64,000 bases of DNA from an uncultured delta proteobacterium (GTDB lineage: Bacteria > Myxococcota_A > Polyangia > Fen-1088), in assembly GCA_963767925.1 (NCBI GenBank), contig CAVYGB010000002.1, positions 352,001-416,000 of the forward strand, given 5' to 3'. A model generated the notes under the pieces. The model ran no database searches. It worked only from the letters and a program-made list of their open reading frames with translations, and was not told where the DNA came from. Of the stretch, positions 19,059 to 29,406 are shown piece by piece (positions within the stretch are counted from its first letter, which is position 1; every line of letters starts with the position of its first letter). Position numbers and translations under genes: made by a program.

Positions 19059-22000
19059 GAGCCGTTGGCCGACCGCCTCGGCATCCAGACCCGCACGAGC
19101 GACAGCAGCTTCTCCACGTCGAGCGGCTTGGCGATGTAGTCGTTGGCCCCGGCGGCCAGGCACTTCTCCTGATCGTCCTTCATCGCCTTGGCGGTCAGCG
19201 CGATGATGGGCAGGCGCTTCCACTCGGCCCGCTTGCGGATCTCGCCGCATGGCGGTGAGGCCGTCCATCTCCGGCATCATGATGTCCATCAGCACGAGGT
19301 CGATGCCGTTGCCCGCCTGGCGGCGCCCGGCGTCCCAGCGCCTCCAGGGCCTCCCGGCCGTTGCGGGCGATCTCGAGCCGGGCGCCCTTGGGCTCGAGCA
19401 GGCTCGAGAGCGCGAAGATGTTGCGCACGTCGTCCTCGACCACCAGGATGCGGCGGCCCTCGAGCGCCGCCTCGCGGTCGCGGGCCTCCTTGAGCATGCG
19501 CTGGCGCTCGGGCGGCAGCTTGCGACTCCACCTGGTGCAGGAACAGCGTCACCTCGTCGAGCAGCCGCTCGGGCGAGCGGGCGTCCTTGATGATGATCGA
19601 CCGGGAGAAGCGCCGCAGCTCGCTGCTCCTCGTCGCGCGCTCAGCGAGCGGCCGGTGTAGACGATGACCGGCGGGAAGGAGACGCTCCTCCTGCCGGGCC
19701 ATCTCCTCGAGCAGCTCGTAGCCCGCTCATGTCGGGCAGGTTCAGATCCATGCACCATGCAGTCGAAGGTGCTCGCCTGCAGCTGCGCCAGGGCCTCGGC
19801 CGCCGTCGCCGACGCCGGTGATCTCGCACGTCGCCGTTGCTCGAGCAGCTGCCCGATGCTGTCGCGCTGCCGCTCGTCGTCCTCCACCACCAGGACCCGG
19901 CGCAGGCTCTGCGAGAGCTTGGCCTCGAGCTGCTGGAAGGCCTCCACCAGCTCCTCGCGCTTCACCGGCTTCAGGGCGTAGCCCACCGCGCCGAGCTCCA
20001 GCGCCTCCTGGCTGTAGTCGGCCACCGAGACGACGTGCACCGGGATGTGGCGGGTGTGCGGGGTTGCGCTTGAGCTGGTCGAGCACCGCCCAGCCCCGAG
20101 TGGTCGGGCAGGTTCATGTCGAGCAGGATGGCGTTCGGCCGGTAGGCGATGGCCGCCGCCAGGCCGTCGTCCGCGGTGTGGGTCACGACGCAGCTGAAAG
20201 CCCAGCTCGCGGGCCAGGTCGCGCAGGATGACGGCGAAGCGGACGTCGTCCTCGACCACCAGGATGGTGCGCGTGTCCGCGCTGAGGTTGTCGCGGTCGT
20301 CCTCCAGGCCCGGGACCGCCGGCTGGGCGGCGGGTCGGACCTTGCCGGGGGCCGGGGCGCGCTCGAGCGGGCCGCTCGCGTCCGGGCTGGCCGCGCGCAC
20401 GGGGGGCCGGGGCGCGCTCGCCCGGATCCCCGGCGCCGCCGGGCTGCGCGCGACGTAGACCTGCGGCAAGGTGAGGGTGAAGGTGCTGCCCCTGCCCGGC
20501 CTCGCTCTCGACCGCGATGTCACCGCCCAGCAGGCGGGCCAGGTCGCGCGAGATCGAGAGCCCCAGGCCGGTGCCCCCGTATTTGCGGTGGGTGCTGCCG
20601 TCGGCCTGCCGGAAGGCCTCGAAGATCACGTCCTGCTGCTCGGGCGGCATGCCGATGCCGGTGTCGCGCACGGCGAAGGCGACCCGATCGGCGCCGGCCG
20701 CGGAGACCCGCAGGGAGACCTCGCCCGTGCTCGGTGAACTTGCAGGCGTTCGAGAGCAGGTTGCTTCAGGATCTGCCCGAGCCGCTGGCGGATCGGTGTC
20801 GATGCGGGCGGGCGCGTCGGCCTCGATCTTCGCGTGAAAGGCCAGGCCCTTCTCCCGGGCCACCGGCTCGAGGGCCTTGGCCAGCGCCTCCACCGCGGGC
20901 GCCAGCAGCACCGGCTCGACCTCGACCTCGACCTTGCCCGCCTCGATCTTGGAGAGGTCGAGGATGTCGTTGATCAGGGTCAGCAGATCGTTGCCCGCGT
21001 CGGAGATGGTCCGGGCGAACTGCACCTGCTCCGGCGCTGAGGTTGCCGTCCTTGTTGTCGGCCAGCAGCTTGGCCAGGATCAGCGACGAGTTGAGCGGGC
21101 GTGCGCAGCTCGTGGCTCATGTTGGCGAGGAACTCGCTCTTGTACTGGTTGGATCGCTCCAGCTCGGCCGCCTTCTGCTCGAGGATGACCTGGGTCCGCC
21201 CGAGGTCGGCCTTCTGACGCTCGAGCAGCTCGGCCTGTTCTTCGAGCTGGGCGTTCGTCTGCTCGAGCTCGGCCTGCTGGTGCTCCAGGCGGGCCTGCGA
21301 CTCCTTCAGCAGCGCGTGCCTGCTCGTCGAGCTCCTCGTTGGAGACGCGCAGCTCCTCCTGCTGCGCCTGCAGCTCCTCGGCCTGGCGCTGCGTCTCGTC
21401 GAGCAGCTCCTCGAGCCGGGTGCGGTCCTTCGAGGTGCGCACGCTGATGCCGATCGACTCGGAGGCCCGGTCCAGCAGCTCTCGATCGATGGGCTGCACC
21501 GGCTGGAAGAACCCCAGCTCGATGATCCCCTGCACGATGCCGTCGATGCGCGCCGGCGCGATCAGCAACTCGCGGGGCTGGCTGCCGCCCAGGCTGGAGG
21601 CGACCGTGAGGTAGCCGGCGGGCACCTGGCGGACGTGCAAGGTCTGGCCCTCCTTGGCCGCTTGCCCGGCGAGGCCGTCGCCCGGACGCAGCACGGACTG
21701 CGGGCGCAGGCCGGGCGGGGCCTCGTGGTCCGGCTGCTGCGCCGGGGTGGGGGCCAGGGCGTAGCCGGCGAAGCGACGGAAGTTGCCGTCCGACTGGGCC
21801 AGGTAGATGGCCCCCACCTGGGCCCCCAGGTACTGCGCGAGAAAGGTGAGGGCGTTTTCGCCCAGCGTCTCCAGCCGCTGCTCCCCCTGCAGCTTGGCCG
21901 ACAGGGCCATCTGGCCGACCCGCATCCAGATCTGCCGCTCGCGGGCGCGGTGATCGTGCGAGGCCTTCACCGCGCCGGCGAAGATGAGCAGCACCAGGAC

Positions 22001-22612
22001 CAGCGAGCCGCCGGTCGTCACCAGCACCGACACCGTGGACGCCGCCTCCCACTCGGCCCGGCGCGCTTGCAGGGTCTCCTCCTCCTGCCCCTGCAGCTCC
22101 TCGAGCGACTCGCGGATGGTGTCCATGGCCACCCGACCCCGCTCGCTGCGCACGATGGCCAGCGCCTCGGCGGTCTTGCCCGCCCGCCGCAGGGCGATGG
22201 TCTGGGCCAGCTCCTCCATCTTGCTCGCGTTGAGGCGTTCGAAGGTGTTCAGGCGGCGAAGCCGTCGATCGTCGTCGCGCATGAGCACCCGTATGGCCGC
22301 GACCTCGCTGCTCATGACCGCTCGCGCACGCGTGTAGGGCTCGAGGTAGCTCTCGTCGCCGGTCAGCAGGAACCCGCGCTGGCCGGTCTCGGCGTCCTTC
22401 AACGACGAGAGCAACCCATCGAACTGGCCGACGACCCGGTAGGTCTGGGCGACCAGATCGGCGCTGCGGCCGCGCTCCTGCAGAGAGCGATACGAGAAGA
22501 CGCCGACGAGGAGCACGGCCAGGACGGCGAAGCCGAAGCCCAGCAAGCTCCCCGGCGGCAGCGGCGGCCCCGACTTGCTCCCCTGCCCGGCGATCTCAGG
22601 CTGCTCCGACAT
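19055..22612 (-). CDS. CHASE3-GAF-HisKA-HATPase-3xREC hybrid kinase (frameshifted in this sequence)
   Basis: CHASE3 [68 protein letters not shown]; three receiver domains in shifted frames. Confidence 0.88.
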
Positions 22613-22784
22613 CTGGGGCCCATGCTACCGCACCAGCGCCCCCATTCCGGGGGCGGTACGACCGGCGCCCGCCCGACAGGACCACGTCGGACGGCCCGCG
22701 GGCGCTACATACAGAGCAGTTCGGATGACCCGCGCCCTGCGGGAGAGGAGACCCGGAGAGCAGCGGGGATTGGCCGGGACGTGA

Positions 22785-25700
22785 TCAGGGCATGGCCGGC
22801 GCGCCGCCGGGCATCCCGCGGCCGCCGCCGGGCATCCCGCGGCCACCGCCGCCCATGCCGCCGCCGGGGGCGCCCATCCCGCCGCGACCGCCGCCTCGGC
22901 CGGGGCCAGCGCCCCCGTTGCCGCCGCCCATCATCATGCCGCCACCGCCGCGGCCAGGGCCACCGCCGCCCATCATGCCGCCGCGGCCGGGACCACCGCC
23001 GCCCATCATGCCGCCACGGCCGGGACCACCCATGCCGCCGCGGCCAGGACCACCACCGCCATTGCCACCACCACCATTTCCGCCACCACCGTTGCCACCA
23101 CCGCCATTGCCGCCACCACCGTTGCCACCGCCGCCGTTGCCACCACCACCGTTACCGCCGCCGCCGTTGCCACCACCACCGTTACCGCCGCCGCCACCAG
23201 CGGGCGGAGTGCTGCAGGTCGGGCCCCGGAAGCCACCGCGGCACTGGCAGCGGCCGTTCTGGCAGGTCCCGTTGTTCTCGCAGGTCACGTTCGCGCACGG
23301 GTTCATCGGCGGTGCCGGCGGTCGGACCATGCAGCGGGGGCCTCCGAAGCCGTTGCGGCACTCGCAGCGCCCGTTTTCGCAGGTGCCGTTCGCCCCGCAG
23401 TTCACGTTCGCGCACGGGTTCATCGGGGGCGCCGGGGGCGCCGGCGGCACGTTACACCGCGGGCCCCGGAAGCCGTCCCGGCACTGGCAGCGACCGCCCT
23501 CGCAGCCGCCGTGCTCGCCGCAGTCGACCCCCGCGCAGGCGTCGACCGGTGGCGGCGGGGTCATGCAGCGCGGACCGCGGAAGCCGTTGCGGCAGGCGCA
23601 GCGTCCTTCTTCGCAGGTGCCGTTCGCCCCGCAGTTGACCCCCGCGCAGGGGTTCATCATGGGCGGCGGCGCCGGCGGCGTCATGCAGCGGGGACCCCGG
23701 AAGCCGTTGCGGCACATGCAGCGCCCGCCGTCACAGGTGCCGTTGTCCCCGCAGTTCACGTTCTGGCAGGGATCGGCCGGCGGCATGGGCGGCGGCGGGA
23801 CCATGCAGCGGGCGCCCCGGAAGCCGTCCCGGCACTCGCAGCGGCCCATCGTGCAGCTCCCGTGCTCCCCGCAGTTCACGTTCTGGCAGGGATCGGCCGG
23901 CGGCATGGGCGGCGGCGGGTTCTGGCAGCGCGGACCCCGGAAGCCGTCCCGGCACTCGCAGCGGCCCATCGTGCAGCTCCCGTGATCGCCGCAGGCCACG
24001 TTGGCGCAGGGATCGGCCGGCGGCCCCAGCATGCAGCGCGGGCCGCGGAAGCCGTCCCGGCAGACGCAGCGACCCTGGGTGCAGTCCCCGTTCGCGCCGC
24101 AGTCGACGTTGGCGCACAGATCGACCGGAGGCGGCGGACGGTTGCACAGCGGGCCCCGGAACCCGTCCCGGCACTGGCAACGGCCCATGCCGCAGGTCCC
24201 GTGCTCGCCGCAGTCGACCCCCATGCAGGGATCAGCCGGCGGCGGGACCATGCAGCGGGCGCCCCGGAACCCGTCCCGGCACTGGCAGCGGCCCATGCCG
24301 CAGGTGCCATGCTCACCGCAGTCCACCTCGGCGCAGGGATCGACAGGCGGGGGCGGGTTCTGGCAGCGGTTGCCCCGGAACCCGTTGCGGCACTCGCAGG
24401 CGCCGCCCATGCACGTCCCGTTGGCGCCGCAGTCGACCCCCATGCAGGGATCGGCCGGCGGCGGGACCATGCAGCGCGGGCCCCGGAAGCCGTCGCGGCA
24501 CTGGCAGCGGCCCATGGTGCAGCTCCCGTTCGCGCCGCAGTCGATGTTGGCGCAGGGGTCGACGGGGGGCGGGTTCTGGCAGCGGTTGCCCCGGAACCCG
24601 TCCCGGCAGATGCAGTTGCCGCCGGCGCAGGAGCCGTGTTCGCCGCAGCTGATCTCCGCGCAGGGGTCCACCGGGGGCGGCGGGATGCTGCAGCGGGGAC
24701 CGCGGAAGCCGTCGCGGCACTCGCAAGTGCCGTTGTTGCAGCTCCCGTTCGCGCCGCAGTTGACCCCCGCGCAGGGGTTGGGCGGCGTCTGGCAGCGGTT
24801 GCCGGTGAAGCCGTCCCGGCAGCTACAATCGCCGTCGGCGCAGGTGCCGTTCGCGCCGCAGTTGACCCCCGCGCAGGGATCGACCGCCACGCACTGGCCG
24901 CCGGCGTTGCACACCCGGCCGTCGCCGCAGCGAGACCCGAAGGGCCGCGCCCGGCAGCCGTTGCCGTCGCCGTTGCAGCCGTCGTCGCAGGGCCCCCCGC
25001 AGGAGCTGTCGCAGCAGACCCCGTTGCTGGCGCAGGAGAGGCCGCCCCGGCACTCGGACGCGCGCACGCAGCGCTCGCCCGGGCCCTTGGGCTCGGGCGC
25101 CACGCAACCGTCGGCGGTGCAGACCGGCGTCCCGCCCGTACAGGCCTGGGTTCGGGGCTCGCAGGCCCCCGAGCCCGAGCAGACGTCGAAGCGGCGGGTG
25201 TTGCCGCCGCAGGTCGCCCGGCCACCACACAGCGACCCGGCCGGCTCGCGCCGGCAGCCGCCCGAGCCGTCGCAGCCATTGCCGCAGGCGTCGTTGCGGC
25301 ACTGGCCCGAGGGATCGGCCCCTCCGGCGGGGACGTCCGAGCAGGTGCCCTCACGCCCGCGCAGGGCGCAGGACCGGCAGGAGCCACCGCAGGCGCTGTT
25401 GCAGCAGCGCCCCTGGGCGCAGGTGCCACTCTCGCACTCGGTGCCCCGGCTGCAGATGGCGCCGTCGGGGCGCTTGCCGCAGTCGCCGGCCACGCAGACG
25501 TTGCCGTTGGCGCACTGGCCGTCGCTGCTGCAGCCGTTGCGGCAGCTATCGCCGCTGCAGCCCCGGTAAGGAGCGCAGGTGCGGGCCCCGGGCACGCGGC
25601 AGGAGCCGTCGTCGCAGGTGCCGGCCGGGGTCTCGGTGTTGTCTCCCGAGTCGCAGCTCGCCTCGCGGCAGACGGTGCCGTCGCGGTAGCGCTGGCAGCC

Positions 25701-26714
25701 CCCGCTGCCGTCGCAGCGGCCGTTGCTGCCGCAGCTCGCGGGCCCCTGGTCGACGCAGATCAGGCTGGGGTCGTCCTCGCCGCGGGCCGCCCGCTGGTCG
25801 ACGACGCCCGCGCGCACCGGCTGGCAGCTCCCCCGCGCATCGGGGTTCGCGCAGAAGGTGCACTTGCCGGCGCAGGCGTTCTCGCAGCAGACGCCGTCGA
25901 CGCAGAAGTTGGACTGGCACTGATCGTTGCGGGTGCAGTCCTGGCCGTTGCCCTTGGGACCGCAGCTCCCTTCGACACAGCTCGCGGGGGCCATGCACTG
26001 GTCGGTCGCGGTACAGCTGTTGCGGCAGGTGCCCCCCTCGCAGGTGGACGGCTGGCAGGAGATGGCCACGCCAGCGACGCAGACCCCCTCGCCGTCGCAC
26101 AGGCTGGCTGGCAGGAACTGGTCCTTGCCGATGCAGCTCGGGAGCTGGCAAGTGGTGCCGGTGGCGTATTTGGCGCAGCCGCCCTGGCCGTTGCAAAAAC
26201 CGCTCTGTCCGCAGCTCTCGGGCGGGTCGAGCCGGCACACGCCGTGGCGGTCCTCGGCTCCGGCCGGGATGGGGGCGCATTCGCCGGCCCGGTCGGCCTG
26301 ATCGCAGGCCACGCAGGCCCCGGTACAGGCGACGTTGCAGCAGACGCCGTCGGCGCAGAAGCCGCTCTGGCACTCGTTGTCGCCTTCACAGGCCCCGCCC
26401 AGGGGCCGCAGGCCCACGCAGGCTTCGCCCGAGCAACAGACGCCGCCCACGCAGTCGCCGGTCGCGCACTCGATCCCGCACAGGCAGCCGTCGCCGGGCG
26501 CCTTGAGGGTCTCGGGCGGAACGGTGGGACAGCGGCCGGGATCGACGACGCCCATGCCCGAAGGACCGACCACGCCGGGGTTGCGTCCCGGCGACGAGAC
26601 GCCGCCGTCGGCCCCGTACGAGATGGCGGTCGTGTTGGCCGGTCTGGTGCTGCAGCCGAGGGCGAAGCCCAGGCCCAGCGCAACCACGAACAACCGACGA
26701 CACACCTCGGACAT
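22785..26714 (-). CDS. Giant Cys-rich lipoprotein with 15 EGF-like repeats and a Gly/Arg/Met-rich tail
   Basis: Lipobox ALGC; C.SG.C.DGVCC..AC.G.C repeats; 15 units of DPCxxxxCGxxGxCxxGxCxCRxGFxGxxC separated by poly-Pro; alternative starts 26723/26735. Confidence 0.88.
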   Translation of the reverse strand: MSEVCRRLFVVALGLGFALGCSTRPANTTAISYGADGGVSSPGRNPGVVGPSGMGVVDPGRCPTVPPETLKAPGDGCLCGIECATGDCVGGVCCSGEACVGLRPLGGACEGDNECQSGFCADGVCCNVACTGACVACDQADRAGECAPIPAGAEDRHGVCRLDPPESCGQSGFCNGQGGCAKYATGTTCQLPSCIGKDQFLPASLCDGEGVCVAGVAISCQPSTCEGGTCRNSCTATDQCMAPASCVEGSCGPKGNGQDCTRNDQCQSNFCVDGVCCENACAGKCTFCANPDARGSCQPVRAGVVDQRAARGEDDPSLICVDQGPASCGSNGRCDGSGGCQRYRDGTVCREASCDSGDNTETPAGTCDDGSCRVPGARTCAPYRGCSGDSCRNGCSSDGQCANGNVCVAGDCGKRPDGAICSRGTECESGTCAQGRCCNSACGGSCRSCALRGREGTCSDVPAGGADPSGQCRNDACGNGCDGSGGCRREPAGSLCGGRATCGGNTRRFDVCSGSGACEPRTQACTGGTPVCTADGCVAPEPKGPGERCVRASECRGGLSCASNGVCCDSSCGGPCDDGCNGDGNGCRARPFGSRCGDGRVCNAGGQCVAVDPCAGVNCGANGTCADGDCSCRDGFTGNRCQTPPNPCAGVNCGANGSCNNGTCECRDGFRGPRCSIPPPPVDPCAEISCGEHGSCAGGNCICRDGFRGNRCQNPPPVDPCANIDCGANGSCTMGRCQCRDGFRGPRCMVPPPADPCMGVDCGANGTCMGGACECRNGFRGNRCQNPPPPVDPCAEVDCGEHGTCGMGRCQCRDGFRGARCMVPPPADPCMGVDCGEHGTCGMGRCQCRDGFRGPLCNRPPPPVDLCANVDCGANGDCTQGRCVCRDGFRGPRCMLGPPADPCANVACGDHGSCTMGRCECRDGFRGPRCQNPPPPMPPADPCQNVNCGEHGSCTMGRCECRDGFRGARCMVPPPPMPPADPCQNVNCGDNGTCDGGRCMCRNGFRGPRCMTPPAPPPMMNPCAGVNCGANGTCEEGRCACRNGFRGPRCMTPPPPVDACAGVDCGEHGGCEGGRCQCRDGFRGPRCNVPPAPPAPPMNPCANVNCGANGTCENGRCECRNGFGGPRCMVRPPAPPMNPCANVTCENNGTCQNGRCQCRGGFRGPTCSTPPAGGGGGNGGGGNGGGGNGGGGNGGGGNGGGGNGGGGNGGGGNGGGGNGGGGPGRGGMGGPGRGGMMGGGGPGRGGMMGGGGPGRGGGGMMMGGGNGGAGPGRGGGRGGMGAPGGGMGGGGRGMPGGGRGMPGGAPAMP
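23205..24885 (-). repeat. Intragenic array of 15 EGF-like units (~105-125 bp each)
   Basis: Counted from the translation; six-Cys spacing C-x4-C-x5-C-x4-C-x-C-x8-C. Confidence 0.9.
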
Positions 26715-26820
26715 CCCAGCCATCACGTTCGTCATTCGGCCCCTAGGCGCACGGGGGTGAATAAGAGGATGAGTGACCCGTGCGGTCTTAGAGCTAAACC
26801 CCGATGCGCCCTCCCTGTCC

Positions 26821-26871
26821 ACGGTCGTTTACGGTGTTCCCGGATTTCTCTCGCTATTTACAAACGACCGT
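26821..26871. promoter_or_regulatory. Inverted repeat upstream of the EGF-repeat gene
   Basis: ACGGTCGTTT-N31-AAACGACCGT in an AT-richer intergenic segment. Confidence 0.4.
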
Positions 26872-26957
26872 TGAGGCTCTCTGGCACGCCATAATAACCT
26901 GCAGCGTTGGCGGCTGGCGCCGATGCCGCGACCGGCTCGCTCGCCGCGCGGTCGCCC

Positions 26958-28661
26958 TCAGGGCGAAGACGGGCGCGGGCTATCCCGCAGGCACCAGGCG
27001 ATGGCGGCGTCGAACATCGACCAGGCGGTCTCGCCCATCACCTCGGCGGTGTAGTTGTGAAGAAACAGCCCCACCCGCCGCCCGGGCGCGGCCGGGAGCC
27101 CGGGCATGGGGGCGCCCCGCTCGTAGGCGAACACCATCGCCCGCCCCGGCATCCCCGGCCACACCGCCACCACCTGGGCCTGGGGGCCGGGCGCACCGAA
27201 GCTCATGCGCCGCTGGCTCACCTTCGAGGCGTCGACCGCAGGATCGAGGAGGGCGGTCGTGCCGTTGCGTCCGGCGGCCAGCGGGTGGGTGGGATCTTTG
27301 ATGAGGATCTCGCCGCTCGAGACGTCGAACCCCTGGTCCACCCGGGCCTCGGCGCCGGTCATGCCGAGGTCGTCGAATGAAAACGGTTCCCACACGACGA
27401 TGGGCGCCGCGACGTCGCGGTAATGGGCGCTCATGTCGCGCGCCGACGCGGTCGAGGAGATGACGATGATGCGGGCGCGCCGCAGATCTTCGCTCCGGGG
27501 CGGCCCGCTCCGCTGCACCTCCACCTCGAGCCCGTGCGCCTCGAGGCGTTTTTTCACCCGCTCGTCGGCCTGCGAGAGGTTGAGGGTGCCGGCCACCAGC
27601 AGGGCGGCGCCTCCACGCGACATCGGGGTGGCCAGGGTGTCGCCGCGCTCGCCGACCAGGGCGTATTGCGCGGGCCCCACAACGGTGGGGCCCCCTCCCC
27701 CCAGGCGGGCCAGCGAGGCGTGCCCCTGCTCGACGTCCAGCCTGGTGCTGGCGGCGTCGACGTAGACCGCCAGCTTGCCCCCCAGGGTGCTGACCTCGGC
27801 GTGAGGGGTGGTGATCAGCAGAGGCCGGCCGATCGGCTCGGGCGGCACCTCGGCCGACAGCCGCCCGCGCGACAGGAAGGCCGCCTTGGCCACCGGCCCC
27901 GGCGGCTCCGCGAGCTGGGCCAGGACGGTGTCCCCCTCCAGGGTCAGGCGGGTGCGGTCGGCGAAGGCCACCACCGCCCGGCTGCCCGGGCCCACCGTGA
28001 CCAGGCCGGCGCCCGCCGGCAGCGTGCTGCCCCGGGCCACCGGCGTCCGCCGCGCGTCCGACAGCAGATACGTGATCCCGCCGACCTCGACCAGGTGGGC
28101 GAGCCGCTCGGGCGCGACCGGAGGTGGCGCCGGCTGCAGCCGCGGCGAGGGGCTCTCGGCCGGCGGCGCGGGGGGCGACAGCGCCACTTCGGCGGCCGGC
28201 GGCCGGGCGCCGCTGCTGCGCCCCAGCCAGAACACCCCCGCCGCCGCCGCGGCCACCGCCACCGGCACCAGCACCAGGCGCAGGGCGCGCAGCAGGGCCG
28301 GGCGCTCGAGCGCGCCGGCCACCACCTCGGTGCGCATGCGCCGCTCGACCGAGGAGACGAAGGAAGCCCCGTCGCGCTCGGCCTCGACCCGCTGGGCGAA
28401 CTGCCGGGCGAAGGCCGCTCCATCGGCCGCCTGCCGCCCCAGCGCCGCCAGCGCGCCGTCGATGCGCTGGTCCTGCAGCAAGGTCTGGCGCAGCCCGGGC
28501 TCGCTGGCGAGCGCCTCGGCCAGCTCGGCCTCTTCGCGCCTGCTCAGCCCGCCCTCCTGCAGCCACCTCGCCCACAGCTCCTCGGGCCGCGACGCTTCCG
28601 GACTGTCCTCCTGCCCCTTCATGGTCCCCCGCTCCTCTCCCACGTCGTCCGATCGCTTCAT
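26958..28661 (-). CDS. FecR-domain anti-sigma factor with extra C-terminal periplasmic domain
   Basis: N-terminal helical anti-sigma region, single TM, FecR motifs (FADRTRLTL, LSRGRL.AEV, ITTPHAEVSTLG, TRLDVEQG); follows an ECF sigma gene. Confidence 0.85.
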   Translation of the reverse strand: MKRSDDVGEERGTMKGQEDSPEASRPEELWARWLQEGGLSRREEAELAEALASEPGLRQTLLQDQRIDGALAALGRQAADGAAFARQFAQRVEAERDGASFVSSVERRMRTEVVAGALERPALLRALRLVLVPVAVAAAAAGVFWLGRSSGARPPAAEVALSPPAPPAESPSPRLQPAPPPVAPERLAHLVEVGGITYLLSDARRTPVARGSTLPAGAGLVTVGPGSRAVVAFADRTRLTLEGDTVLAQLAEPPGPVAKAAFLSRGRLSAEVPPEPIGRPLLITTPHAEVSTLGGKLAVYVDAASTRLDVEQGHASLARLGGGGPTVVGPAQYALVGERGDTLATPMSRGGAALLVAGTLNLSQADERVKKRLEAHGLEVEVQRSGPPRSEDLRRARIIVISSTASARDMSAHYRDVAAPIVVWEPFSFDDLGMTGAEARVDQGFDVSSGEILIKDPTHPLAAGRNGTTALLDPAVDASKVSQRRMSFGAPGPQAQVVAVWPGMPGRAMVFAYERGAPMPGLPAAPGRRVGLFLHNYTAEVMGETAWSMFDAAIAWCLRDSPRPSSP

Positions 28662-28697
28662 TGGATGGCTTCAGCTTGTCTGGTCAGGATGTCTGGT

Positions 28698-28775
28698 CAG
28701 ATCACTTCGTTAGATGGCTTCGCTAGATGGCTTCGCTAGATGGCTTCGCCAGATCACTTCACTAGATTGCTTCGT
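28698..28775. repeat. 13-bp tandem repeat x6 between sigma and anti-sigma genes
   Basis: CAGATCACTTCGT, TAGATGGCTTCGC x3, CAGATCACTTCAC, TAGATTGCTTCGT; more degenerate units extend to ~28662. Confidence 0.85.
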
Positions 28776-29373
28776 CGCCCAGGCGCGACTCCACGCAGGC
28801 CCGCAAGGCCTGGCGCAGGCGGAACAGGGTCATGCGGATGGCCCCCTCGCGCTTGCCGAGCTCGCGGGCGATGTCGGGGATGCTGCGGGCCTTCCAGTAG
28901 CGGTCGGCCACCAGGCCGGCGCTGCCGGCCGGCAGGCTCTGCAAGCAGCGCTCGAGGGCGGCGATCTCCCGCTCGCGGCGGGGCAGATCCAGCTCGTCGG
29001 CCTCGAGCACCTTCAATCGAAATGGGGCCAGCACGCTCTCGACCGATCCGGTCTCGCGGATCAGGCGGCGCATCTCCCCCCGGACGTGCATCAGGGTCTT
29101 GTGGCGGGCGATGCCCAGCAGCCAGACCCCCAGGGGGGAGTCCCCCTTGTAGCTGTCGAGGCTGCGGAAGGCGGCCAGGAACACCTCCTGGGCCAGGTCG
29201 TCGACGACGTCGCCGCGGCTGATCGAGCCGCCGATGTAGGCCCGCACCCGCCCCTGGTGCCAGGCCACAAGCTGGGAAAACGCGCCCGCGTCGCCCCCCC
29301 GCGAGCGATCGATGAGACGCGCCTCCTCCTCGGCCGGGCTGCCCGTTCGGGCCGGGGAGAAGGCGGACGTCAT
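28762..29373 (-). CDS. ECF sigma-70 factor
   Basis: GDAGAFSQLV, DDLAQEVFLAAFRSL, WLLGIARH, CLQSLP, SIPDIARELG, TLFRLRQALR. Confidence 0.93.
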   Translation of the reverse strand: MTSAFSPARTGSPAEEEARLIDRSRGGDAGAFSQLVAWHQGRVRAYIGGSISRGDVVDDLAQEVFLAAFRSLDSYKGDSPLGVWLLGIARHKTLMHVRGEMRRLIRETGSVESVLAPFRLKVLEADELDLPRREREIAALERCLQSLPAGSAGLVADRYWKARSIPDIARELGKREGAIRMTLFRLRQALRACVESRLGDEAI

Positions 29374-29406
29374 CGATCGCCGGGGGGGGACCGCAGCGCG
29401 GCCGGA

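Noticed and set aside
18208..21310. Programmed frameshifting or true pseudogenisation of the cheR/kinase genes
   Set aside because: Too many scattered indels, no slippery motifs and otherwise conserved protein sequence; best explained as assembly error
16483..22612. CHASE3 kinase-cheR-cheB-kinase cluster as a novel system
   Set aside because: This MCP-independent cassette is a known, widespread arrangement
23511..26894. Long antisense or alternate-frame ORFs (also 41742..44918, 56429..59359, 28714..31212, 4414..7029)
   Set aside because: Shadow ORFs expected at this GC content; Arg/Ala/Gly/Pro-rich with no domains, overlapping well-supported genes
26881..26898. TGGCACG as a sigma54 promoter
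   Set aside because: No -12 element at the required spacing, and it points antisense into the anti-sigma gene
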